Below the pieces are notes generated by a model, which had not been told where the DNA came from, did no database searches, and was given only the letters and a program-made list of their open reading frames with translations. A stretch of 64,000 nt of DNA from Mobula hypostoma (Eukaryota), in the NCBI RefSeq assembly GCF_963921235.1, contig NC_086108.1, positions 8,432,001 through 8,496,000 on the forward strand, read 5' to 3'. Both the position numbers and the translations under genes were made by a program. Shown here one piece after another: positions 39,380-51,100 of the stretch. Positions within the stretch are counted from its first letter, which is position 1. Every line of letters starts with the position of its first letter.

Positions 39380-40398
39380 GACTAGATGGGCTGAATGGCC
39401 TGATTCTGCTCCTATGTCTGATGGCCTTTTTCTGTGTGTGTGAACGTATACACCTGCGATGCTGCTGTACCTGCACCTCTGGGTGGTGGGGTGGAGATAC
39501 GTCTCTACCAAAGGAGCTGTGAGGCGCTCCTGTCCTCCACTAGCCAGCGGGTCACCCTTGGGCAAGGTGTAGCACCTGCTTAGCCCCCCCACCACCCCGA
39601 TCAGGGTCACATGAAGCCACGGGATCAGGTGGTGGATGGTCCTATGAGCAGCCGGTGCAGATCACAAGTCCTGGTTATGTGACCACTGACACCAGGCAGA
39701 CAATCTCTGAAGAGTATTGATAAAGGCTGGGGTCACCCGTCTTGTAAAGACACTGCCCAGAAAAAGGCAATGGCAAACCACTTCTGTAGAAAAATTTGCC
39801 AAGAGCAATTGTTGCCAAAGAGCATGATTGCCCATGTCATATGACTCGGCACATAATAATGATGTCATAGACATGGCACATAATGATGATGACGGTGTAC
39901 ACCTCACTGTTCTTGGACACGTGACGATGATCAGAATCAGGTTTAATATCACCAACATGTGTTGTGAAATTTGTTGTTTTGCAGTTTGCAAAACATAAAA
40001 TATTACAAATTACAATAATATATATTAAAAAATGAAAAAAGAGAGAACAAAAGTAGTGGGGTAGTGTTCAGGGGTGTACTAACCTGGCACCCCCCAGCAA
40101 GCGGTCAAGCAATTCCCCTTGGATTCGAAGTTGTTCTTGTTCCCTCCACAGCCACCGTAGATGAAGGGCAGGCAGTCTTGCACCTCGGGGTCGTAGTACC
40201 ATCGCGGGAAAGCAGCACGGCAATGCCCCGTCATGGCCGGATCATAGCAGTACGCTGCGGGCACAGTCAGAAGGCTCAGTCCCCACCCAAACACACTCGG
40301 CCCCACCCACCCGCTCCTTTACCAACGTCATTCCAACAATCTCAGCAAATCACATTCATCTGCTCGTCCCAGGAAGCCAAGCCCCCACCAGCAACCTG
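39380..40398. repeat. Intragenic duplicated block containing Kunitz C; direct copy of about 41719-42716 (Kunitz B)
   Basis: Near-identical intron sequence at offset about 2.34 kb (ORFs 39662 and 42000). Confidence 0.9.
40084..40254 (-). CDS. Kunitz domain exon C ([57 protein letters not shown]), P1=Arg
   Basis: 171 nt, phase 1-1; acceptor ttctgactgtgcccgcag, donor G|GTTAGT; all six cysteines present. Confidence 0.88.
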
Positions 40399-42422
40399 CT
40401 GAGACCACATCTCGTGTGCTGTGTATAGCACTGCCCTTATTTTCAAATGGCAGAGCAGATCTGATGGCCTGAATGGCCTGCCAGCTCCTACATCTTGTGG
40501 TCTCATTTCAGAATGTTAGCACAGCTCTGCCGGCGGGGTGAGGATACCTCTCTACCAAAGGAGGTGTAAGGCACTCCTTCCCTCCACTAGCCTACACGTC
40601 ACCCTTGGGCAAAGTGTAGCACCTATTAGCCCCCCTAATCCCCCCAGATCATGTGCAACTCAGAGAGGGAACAACGGTCGGCAGTTTAAATGGCTGGCAT
40701 GGTCTAGATGGGCTGAAGGGCCTGATCCTGTGCTCTGCTCCTCAGTGACTCTAACCCCTAAAACCACCCCTACTAACCTATATAAAAAAGACCACAACAT
40801 TGACGGACTCCATAGTCCAGCGCCATCCTAACCGGGAGATGTCCCACACACGGGCTTTGGGAGTTTGGGAAGGAGCGGGGATGGGATTGAAATACGAGAT
40901 CCCAAGAAGTCTTGACAAGATGGATGGGGGAAGAGGACATTCCCTCTTGTGGGAGAATCTAGAACTGGGGTCAATGTGTAAATGGAATCATGCATTTACA
41001 TATCATTATTTAACTATTTATGGTTCTATTACTATTTATTATTTATGGTGCAACTGTAATGAAAACCAATTTCCCCCGGGATCAATAAAGTATGACTATG
41101 ACTATGCACTTTGAACAGAAGAGGTAATGTTGCCTTTCCCCCGGAGGGCTGAATCTTTGGAATTCTCTTCAACAAACAATGCTGCAGATAGAGTATTTGA
41201 ATATTTCTGAGGCAGAACTGGATGAATAAGTGAGAGGTTGCCGAGGCAAAAACGTGGAGCTGTGGTTGCAACTAGATCAGACCAGATCTCACATTACATG
41301 ACAGGAAACCAAGAACCGAACACTGCATACTAATTTGCATATATTTTAATAACAAGAATGAAGAGGTTTCACGTATTTTGAATAATTTACGTACAACTCA
41401 GGCCCAGATAGAGTAGCCATTGAGAGGGTTTTTCCTACAATGGGGTGGGGGAGGGGAGAGACTTGGACCAGAGGACACAGCCTCAAAATAGAGTGATGTC
41501 CCTTCAGAACAGAGATGAGGAGGAATTTCGTTAGCTAAAGGGAGGTGAATCTGTGGAATTCATTGCCACAGGCGGCTGTGGAGGCTAAGTCATTGGGTCT
41601 ATTTAAAGCGGAGGTTGATAGGCTCTTGATTAGTCAGGGTGTCAGAGGTTACGGGGAGAAGGCAGGAGGATGGGGTTGAGAGGGATAATAAATCAGCCAT
41701 GACAGAATGGTGGGACAGACTAGATGGGCTGAATGGCCTGATTCTGCTCCTATGTCTGATGGCCTTTTTCTGTGTGTGTGAACGTATACACCTGCGATGC
41801 TGCTGTACCTGTACCTCTGGGTGGTGGGGTGGAGATACGTCTCTACCAAAGGAGCTGTGAGGCGCTCCTGTTCTCCACTAGCCAGCGGGTCACCCTTGGG
41901 CAAGGTGTAGCACCTGCTTAGCCCCCCCACCACCCCGATCAGGGTCACATGAAGCCACGGGATCAGGTGGTGGATGGTCCTATGAGCAGCTGGTGCAGAT
42001 CACAAGTCCTGGTTATGTGACCACTGACACCAGGCAGACAATCTCTGAAGAGTATTGATAAAGGCTGGGGTCACCCGTCTTGTAAAGACACTGCCCAGAA
42101 AAAGGCAATGGCAAACCACTTCTGTAGAAAAATTTGCCAAGAGCAATTGTTGCCAAAGAGCATGATTGCCCATGTCATATGACTCGGCACATAATAATGA
42201 TGTCATAGACATGGCACATAATGATGATGACGGTGTACACCTCACTGTTCTTGGACACGTGACGATGATCAGAATCAGGTTTAATATCACCGACATGTGT
42301 TGTGAAATTTGTTGTTTTGCGGTTTGCAAAACATAAAATATTACAAATTACAATAATATATATTAAAAAATGAAAAAAAGAGAGAACAAAAGTAGAGTGG
42401 TAGTGTTCAGGGGTGTACTAAC

Positions 42423-42593
42423 CTATCTCCCACGAGCAAGCGACCACGCAATCCTCCTCCGATTCGAAGTTGTTCTTGTTCCCTCCACAGCCACCATAGG
42501 TGAAGGTCATGCAGGCCCCCCGCGCGGGTTCGTAGTACCATCGCTGGAAAGCAGCGCGGCATCTCCCCGTCATGGCAGAAGCATAGCAGTACG
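42423..42593 (-). CDS. Kunitz domain exon B ([57 protein letters not shown]), P1=Arg
   Basis: 171 nt, phase 1-1; acceptor ttctgactgtgcctacag, donor G|GTTAGT; all six cysteines present. Confidence 0.9.
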
Positions 42594-44496
42594 CTGTAGG
42601 CACAGTCAGAAGGCTCAGTCCCCACCCACCCGCTCCTTTATCAACGTCATTCCAACAATCTCAGCAAATCACATTCATCTGCTCGTCCCAGGAAGCCAAG
42701 CCGCCACCAGCAACCTCCCCGCCCACGCCTGCACCCACACTAATATCGTACCTTTATTCTCCGCAACGGATAGGTCTCTTGGCTGTGGTTCGGAAAGGAG
42801 TGCTGCGGAACGAAAAAAAAGATGTGAAGTTACACGCACAAAGTGCTGGAGCGTGGGGGGGGGACTCAGCAGGTCAGGCAGCATCTATAGAAATGAATAA
42901 ACAGTCAACGTTTTGGGCCAAGACCCTTCTTCAGGACTAAGAAGGAAGAGGGGAGACTCCAGAGTAAACAGGTGGGGAAGGGGGGAGGGGAAGGAGGACG
43001 GCTGGAAGGTGACGAGTGAAGCCAGGTTGGTAGGAGAGGTGAAGGGCTGGAGAGGAAGGAATCTGATGGGAGAGGAGAGTGGACAATAGGAGAAAGGGAA
43101 GGGAGAAGGGACCCAGGGGGAGGTGATAGGCAGGTGAGAAGAGGTAAGAGGTCGGAGTGAGGAATAGAGGAAGGAATTGGTTCACCGAAAGTAGAGATCA
43201 ATATTTATGTCATCAGGTTGGAGGCTACCCAGACGGAATATAAAGTGTTGCTCTTCCACCCTGAGCGCGGCCTCTTCTTGGCACAAGAGGAGGCCACGGG
43301 CTGACACATTAGAATGGGAATGGGAATGGGAATGAAAAAGATTTGGCCACCAGGAAGTCAAGCTTTTGGTGAATGGAGCAGAGGTGCTTGATGACGCGGT
43401 CCCCCAATTTACCTGTATCTATTTTCAGGGACAATGGAGAACACCTGGAGCTAAGTGTTCTGTGGAATTTCACCCACCGATCAGTGTGTGACACCGAACC
43501 ATGCCGAGACAGGTCAGAGGAGCTTTCACACAGCCATCCATAGAGGAAACTGAAGTTTCAGAGGGAACGCCAGAGGGTGAGACCCAGGGCAAAGAGAGAC
43601 ACAAGAGGCTGAAATGGAGGTGGTAACAGGACGGGCAAGGACATGAAGGGGAGTTGGAAGGTGAGAGTAGGTCAAGTGAGCTAGGGCTTTTCTCTCTGGA
43701 GTGAAGGTGGTTGAGCGGTGACTCGATAGAGGTGTACACAATGATACAAAGCATCAATCATGTGGACAGCCAGAGACTTTTTCCCCAGAACAGAAATGGT
43801 CAATATGAGGGGGCATAAACTTAAGGATGGAGCATCGGACCAGAAAGCCCTACAAAGGACAGTGAGACTGATCGAGAAGATCATACGGGTCACCCTGCCC
43901 TCCATCGGGGACATTTATCAGGAGCACTGCACACGCAGGGCTCTTAGTATTATCAAGGATCCCACCCACCCATCCAGCATCCTCTTTGACTTTCTACCAT
44001 CAGGCAGGAGACTCCGATGCACAAAAACAAGAATGGACAGGATGGGAAACAGATTCTTCCCGCAGGCCGTTAGGCTTCTGAACTCCCTGCCACATCGCAT
44101 TCGAAGTGTCTCTGGTTAATCTGTTCCGTACCCTACGATATTGTTTCATTTATTCCCTTTACTTTGTGTATTTATGCATAATCGATCATTAGATTTTATC
44201 CTTACTTTCCTAAGTTACTGTGTGTTATGTGTACTACTGTGCTTTACACCCTGGTCTGGAGAAACATCGTCTCATTTGATGGTATGCATGTATATAGTTA
44301 AATGACAATAAAGTTGATCTGAAGTACAAGTAATTTTTTTTGTTTTACAGGGGTGGCAGATACATTAGGGACATTTAAGAGACTTTTAGATAGGCCCATG
44401 GATGATAGAAAAATGGAGGGCTATGTGGGAGGGTTACGTTGGTGTGGTCATCAACATAAAAGACTGATGTAAAAATCCCAAGCAGTGGACACTTAC

Positions 44497-44553
44497 CATT
44501 GTCCTGCTCATCTGAGCCCCCAGGTGCAGTCAATAGTGTGTAACTGTCACGAA
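44497..44553 (-). CDS. Short linker exon after LDLa (VRDSYTLLTAPGGSDEQDN)
   Basis: 57 nt, phase 1-1; strong acceptor gtttctctctgccttttcccag and donor G|GTAAGT; open frame. Confidence 0.75.
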
Positions 44554-45286
44554 CTGGGAAAAGGCAGAGAGAAACGTCTTGTTAAATCAGTTTGTTTAGA
44601 ACCTCAGCCACTCCTGTAATACACAGCTCATGAGTTGTTCATCCTCCACCCCCACCCCCCTGTTCACACCTGTCCTGTGGGGGGAGGTGGCGTGCCTGAT
44701 TCTGATTGTCGAAAGCAGCTTCCGTTGTGATTGGTCAGTTTAGAAGCTGCAGCTATTTCCCCATTGGATAACCACCCGTGTACGGTTTCAGATACCCTGG
44801 GTACATAAAATAGCACATGGAAGGGGCTTGCTCTCTTCTTGCTTTGTTTAAGGCAAGAATGCACACAATGATTGTGAAATTTGTTGTTTTGTGGTTTGCA
44901 AAACATAAAATACTACAAATTACAATTGTACACATTAAAAAATGAAAAAAAAAGAGAACAAAAGCAGTGGGGAAGTGTTCATGGGCTCATTGTCCATTCA
45001 GAAATCTGATGGCAGAGGGGAAGAAGCTGAGCGTGTCTTCAGGCTCCTGTTCCTCCTCTGGGATGGCAGCAATGAGAAGAGGGCGTGTCCTGGGTGGTGG
45101 AGGCCCTTAATGACAGATGCCACCATCTTGTGGTATCATCTTTTGAAGATGTCCTCGATGTCTAAGTGAACTTATCCAGAGATTGAGGGTAAACCAGGAG
45201 GAGAGGAGGGGCTTCCTGTCCACACACACTCCAGAACAACTCAATGGGTGCTATGACACAGGCAACTCTGCACCCCCATCACTTAC

Positions 45287-45412
45287 CCGCATCACAGTAC
45301 TGGAGGTCTGATTTATCAAGGCAATGTACCTCCCCATCACAAATCTGGTCAGAGGGGACACAGCAGCCGTCACGGCAGTGGAATTCATCAGCCGAACACT
45401 GCCTCGAACATT
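45287..45412 (-). CDS. LDL-receptor class A domain exon (ECSRQCSADEFHCRDGCCVPSDQICDGEVHCLDKSDLQYCDA)
   Basis: 126 nt, phase 1-1; acceptor ctgtctgttgcag, donor G|GTAAGT; cysteine spacing with the GCC motif resembles the HAI-1 LDLa domain. Confidence 0.9.
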
Positions 45413-45482
45413 CTGCAACAGACAGGATGGACAATTGTCTCAACGTTCCTACAATCATTCTCAGGCACAGGATAAAGACAGA

Positions 45483-46015
45483 CACTCTGTGGCCACTCTG
45501 TCAGGTATACCTGCTCATTAATGCAAATATCTAACCAGCCAATCATGTAGCAGCAACTCAATGCTTAGAAACATGCAGACATGGTCAAGAGGTTCAGCTG
45601 TTGTTCAGACCAAACATCAGAATGAGGAAGAAATGTGATTAAGTGGCTTTGACTGTGGAATGATTGTTAGTTCCTGGTGGTTTGAGTATCTCAGAAACCT
45701 CCTGGGATTTTTATGCGCAACAGTGTCTAGAGTTTACAGAGAATGGTGTGAAAAAACAAAAATCATTCCAGTGAGTGGCAGTTCTGCGGGTGGAAATGCC
45801 TTGTTAATTAGAGAGGCCAGAGGAAAACGGCCAGACAGGTTCCAGCTAACGGGAAGGAAACAGCAATTCAAATACACATGCATTACAACCGTGGCATGCA
45901 GAAGAGCATCTCTGAACCTTGAGGTAGACGAGCTACAGCAGTAAAAGACCACAACATACACTCAGTGGCCACAGTATTAGGTGTAAGAGGAACGTCATAA
46001 GGTGGTCACTGAATG
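45483..46015. mobile_element. Tc1-derived non-autonomous element, decayed
   Basis: cactc(a/t)gtggccac...aggt terminal-type motif and a Tc1-like helix-turn-helix remnant (LLGFLCATVSRVYREWCE). Confidence 0.55.
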
Positions 46016-48021
46016 CATAGACACAACACTTAACAGGCTATTGAACACAAGGGAAGAATTTCAATTAAACTCCACTTGCCCCATCATTGAAATATTCCCA
46101 CAACCATGGACTCACTTTCAAAGACTCTTCATCTCATGTTCTTGATACTTATTGCTTATTTATTTATTCATATTATTTCTTTCTTTTTGTATTTGCACGG
46201 TTTGTTGTCATTTGACCCAAGTTGGTGCGGTATTTCATTCATCCTATTATTGACTATGCCCGGAAGAAAATACATCTGAGTTATACTAAGACAATCAGAT
46301 ATAGGAGCAGAATTAGCCATTTGGCCAATTTCCCTCTCAGCCCCATTCTCCTGCCTTCTCCCCATGTCCCTTCATGCCCTGACCAATCAAGAATCTATCA
46401 ACCTCTGCCTTAAATATACCTAAAGACTAGGGCTCCACATCTGCCTGTGGCAAAGAATTCCACAGATTCACCGCTCTCTGGCTAAAGGAATTCTGCCTCA
46501 ACTCCATTCTAAAAGAACATCTCTCTATTCTGATGCTGCGTCCTCTCGTCTTAGACTCTCTCAACAAGGGAAACATCCTCTCCACATCCACTCTTTCAAG
46601 GCCTTTTACCGTTGAATAGGTTTCAATTAGGTCACCCCTTATTCTTCTGAATTCTAATGACTTCAGGCCTAGGACCATCAAATGCTCTTCATATGACAAG
46701 CCTGGAATCATTTTCCTGAACCTCCTTTGAACCCCCTCCAGTTTCAGCACATCCTTTCAAAGATAAGGGACCCAAAACTGCTCAGCACGCTGAGGCCTCA
46801 CCAGTGCCTTATAAAGTCTCAACATTACATCCTTGCTTTTATATTCTAGTCCTCTTGAAATGAATGCTAACATTACATTTGTCTTCCTCACCACAGACTC
46901 ATCCTCAAATTAACCTTTAAGAAATCCTACATGACTCCCAGGACCCTTTGCATCTTAGTTTTTTTTATTTTCTCTCCACTTAGAAACTAGTCAACCCTTT
47001 CATTTCTTCTACTAAAGTGCTTGACCATACACTTCCTGACACTGTATTCCATCTGCCACTTCTTTGCCCATTCTCCTAATCTGTCCAAGTCCTTCTGTAG
47101 CCTCTCTACTTCCTCAAAACTACCTGTCCCTCCACCTATTTTCATATTGTCTGCAAACTTGACAAATTGAACCCTCTCCAGTTTCAGCACATCTTTTTTT
47201 AGATCAGGAGCCCAAAACTGCTCACAATACTCCAAGTCAGGCCCCACCAGTACCTCTTACAGCCTCAACATTACATCCTCGTTTTTATATTCTATTCCTG
47301 TCAAAATAAATGCCAACATCGCATTTGCCTCTCTCTCTGACTGAACCGGCAAATTAACCTTTAGGGAATCCTGCACAAGGACTCCCAAGTCCTTTTGCAC
47401 CTCAGACTTCTGAATTTTCTCTCCATTTAGAAAATAGTCAACATTTGTATTTCTTCTAGCAAAGTGCATGGCCATACACGACTCAACACTATTCCATCTG
47501 CCACTTCTTTGCCCATTCTAATCTGCCTAAGTCCTTCTGCAGACTCCCTGCTTCCTCAACACTACCTGCCCCTCCACCTATCTTGGTATTGTCACAAACT
47601 TGGCCACAGAGCTATTGATTCCATTATCTAAATACCCAAAATCTAATTATTCTGCATTCTGGTAGTGCTTTTCCCTTGTATACAGCCGCAATGGAACGAT
47701 CTGTCTAGATGGCATGTAAAAAACAAATCAATGTATTTAAAGTCTGCAAAGTCAAAATACTTCACATTGACGGGTTTCCCTTTCAGCAATTCTGCCAGTC
47801 AAAACCTCAAAACAAAATACTCTCAAATTTATCAGACTGGTTTTCATTTTCATAAACTTATTCTGCCCCATTCTATTCTTCCCCAAGTTCTTCTGCTGTT
47901 TCCCCTGGTCATGGAAGTGTCCGTGCACCTGAGGCACAGGAGGGCTGGTGGACCTGGCATGAGTAGCTGAGGTTTCAGAAATATGAAACATCAGCTCAAA
48001 ACATACCGAAGTACTGCTGTA

Positions 48022-48197
48022 GGCCTCAGACCGTCCCACGCCCACTCCTGGGCCCTCAGACCGCCCCACGCCCGCTCCTGGCCCCTCAGACCGCCCCACG
48101 CCCGCTCCTGGCCCCTCAGACCGCCCCACGCCCGCTCCTGGCCCCTCAGACCGCCCCACGCCCGCTCCTGGCCCCTCAGACCGCCCCACGCCCGCTC
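48022..48197. repeat. GC-rich 30-bp minisatellite (gcccctcagaccgccccacgcccgctcctg), about 6 copies
   Basis: Direct tandem units visible in the sequence. Confidence 0.9.
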
Positions 48198-48199
48198 AG

Positions 48200-51100
48200 T
48201 AACAGCTGTAAAGATGTGGTCTACAAACTACAACGGGAGAGAAAATGCATGCCAAAAGGGCAATGTTACAATAGTCATGGGGGAATTCAATATGCAGGTG
48301 GCTTGGGAAAATCAGGTCGGTGCTGGACTCCAAGAGGAGGAGTTTCTGGAATGCCAATGAGATGGCTTTTTAGAGCAGCTCATGGTTCAGCCCACTAGGG
48401 GAGCACCAATTGTGGATCGGGTGCTTTGCAATGATCCGGAATTGATTAGAGAGCTTATGGTAAAATAACCATTAGGGGACAAGTGATCATAGTAGGATCG
48501 AATTCACTCTGAAATTTGAGGAGTAGCTAAGGTCAGATGTATCAGTATTACAGTGGAATAAAGGGAATTACAGAGGCATGAGAGAAGAGTTGGCCAGAAT
48601 TGATTGGAAAAGAACACTGGTAGGGATGATGGCAGAGCAGCAGTGGCTGGAATTTCTGGAAACAATTCAGAAGGCACAAGGTATCTACATCCTAAATAGG
48701 GATTCCTTATTCTAAAGGAAAGATGACAAGATTGTTAACAAGAGAAGCCAAAGAGAGGGCATATAATAGAGCAAAAATTAGTGGGAAGTTAGAGGATTGG
48801 GAAGTTTTTAAAAACCAACAGAAGACAACTAAAAAAGTTATTAAAAAGGTAAAGATGGAAAACAAAAGCAAGCTACCCAATAATATTAAAGAACATACCA
48901 AAAGTTTCTTCAGATACATAAAGTGCACGGAGAGGCAAGAGTGTATATCAGACGCCTGGAAAACAACGCTGGAGAGGTAGTAATGGGGAAAAAGGAAATG
49001 GTGGATAAACTGAATAAGTATTTTGCATCAATCTTCACTGTGGAAGACACTAGCAGTATGGCAGAAGTTCCAGGTGTCGGGGGCATGAAGTGTGTGAAGT
49101 TACCATAACTACAGAGAAAGATCTTGGGAAACTGAAAGGTCTGAAGCCTGGACCAGATGGTGTTAACCCTAGTTTTCAGAAAGCAATGGGAGGCGTTAGT
49201 AATGATGTTTCAAGAATCACTAGATCCTGAAATGGTTTTTGAAGACTGGAAAATTGTGAATGTCACTCCACTCTTCAAGAAGGGAGAAAGGTAGAAGAAA
49301 GGAAACTATAGGCCAGTTAGTCTGACCTCAGTTGCCGATGTTGTAGTTGATAATTAAGGATGAGGTCTCAGGGTACTTAGAGGTCCATGATTAAAAAGGC
49401 CACAGTCAGCATGGTTTCCTCAAGGGAAAATCTTAGCTGACAAATCTGTTGGAATTCTTTGAAGAAATGACAAGCAGGAGAATTGGTTGGTGTTGTGTAC
49501 TTAGATTTTCAGAAGGCCTTTGACAAGTTGCCACACATGAGGCTGCTTAACTAGGTAAGAGCCCACTGTGTTACAGGAAAGACTCTAGCATTTATAAAGC
49601 AGTGACTGATCAGCAGGAGGCAAAGAGTGGGAATAAAAGCAGCCTTTTCTGGTTGGCTACCGGTGTCTAGTGGTGGTCCACAGGGGTCTGTATTGAGACA
49701 ATTCTTTTCAGGTTAGATTAGATTAGATTAGATTAGATTCAACTTTATTGTCATTGTGCAGAGTACAGATACAAAGCCAAAGAAATGCAGTTAGCGTCTG
49801 ACCAGAAACGCAAATAGTGTTATTTACAAAATAACTGCCAATAAAAAGTGCTACAGTACACAAATATAAAAGTGCTGAGACAGTACAATATGGGTGCAAT
49901 ACTACTTAGTGCTGCGATGTGAGGTTCAACAGGGTCACAGCCTCAGGGAAGAAGCTCTTCCTGTGCCTGCTGGTGCGGGAGCGGAGGCTCCTGTAGCGCC
50001 TACCGGATGTGAGGAGAGTAAAAAGTCCATGGTTAGGGTGAGATGCATCCTTGATAATGCTTTTCGCCCTGCCCAGGCAGCGTTTATGGTAGATGTTCTC
50101 AATGGTGGGCAATTGGGTGCCGATAATCCGCTGGGCAGTTTTCACCACACGCTGGAGTGCTTTGCGGTCCGATACGGGACAATTGCCATACCACACTGAG
50201 ATGCAGTTGGTGAGTATGCTCTCAATGGTACAGCGGTAAAAGTCCATCAGTATCCTGGGACAGAGGTGAGCTTTCTTGACGCTCCGCAGGAAATAAAGAC
50301 GCTGTTGTGCCTTTTTGATCAGGATGGAGGAGTTCAGAGACCAGGTGAGATCCTTGGAAATGTGGACACCAAGGAATTTGAAGCTTGATACACGCTCCAC
50401 TACAGTTCCGTTGATGTAGATGGGGACGTGAGCTTGACTCCTGGCATGCCTGAAGTCCACAATGATCTCCTTGGTCTTCTGGGTGTTAAGGGCCAGATTG
50501 TTGTCAACACACCACGTGGCCAGGTGTTGGACCTCGTCCCTGTAGGCCATCTCGTCATCTCCTCTGATCAGACCAGCCACCGTGGTGTCATCTGCGAACT
50601 TGGTTATGGAGTTAGAACCATGTACAGGAACGCAGTCATAGGTGAAAAGGGAGTACAGAAGAGGGCTCAGCACACAGCCTTGAGGCACGCCGGTGTTCAG
50701 GGTGAGAGTGGAGGAGGAGAGGTTGTCTAACTTAATGATTGGGGTCTGTTAGTCAGAAAGTCCAAGGTCCAATTGCAGAGGGATGAGCTGATACCAAGCT
50801 GGCGAAGTCCGGCGATCGGCTTGGAGGGGATCACAGTATTGAATGCTGAACTGAAGTCAATGAACAGCATTCTGACGTAAGAGTTGGGGCTGTCCAGGTG
50901 GGTCAGGGCAGAGTGAAGTGCCATGGGGATGGCGTCCTCTGTTGACCTGTTGGTGCGATAGGCAAATTGATGGGGGTCCAGGGTAGTGAGCAGACAGGAT
51001 TTCAGATGTGATAGAACCAGTCTCTCAAAGCACTTTGCAATGATGGGGGTGAGTGCAACTGGATGGAAATCATTCAGGTCCGTGGCAGTGGAATGCTTCA

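Noticed and set aside
43410..43460. Possible small exon ending ACAG|GTAAAT (copy at about 36920-36970)
   Set aside because: The phase-1 reading has an in-frame TGA, and the apparent donor is the edge of a Penelope GIY-YIG fragment.
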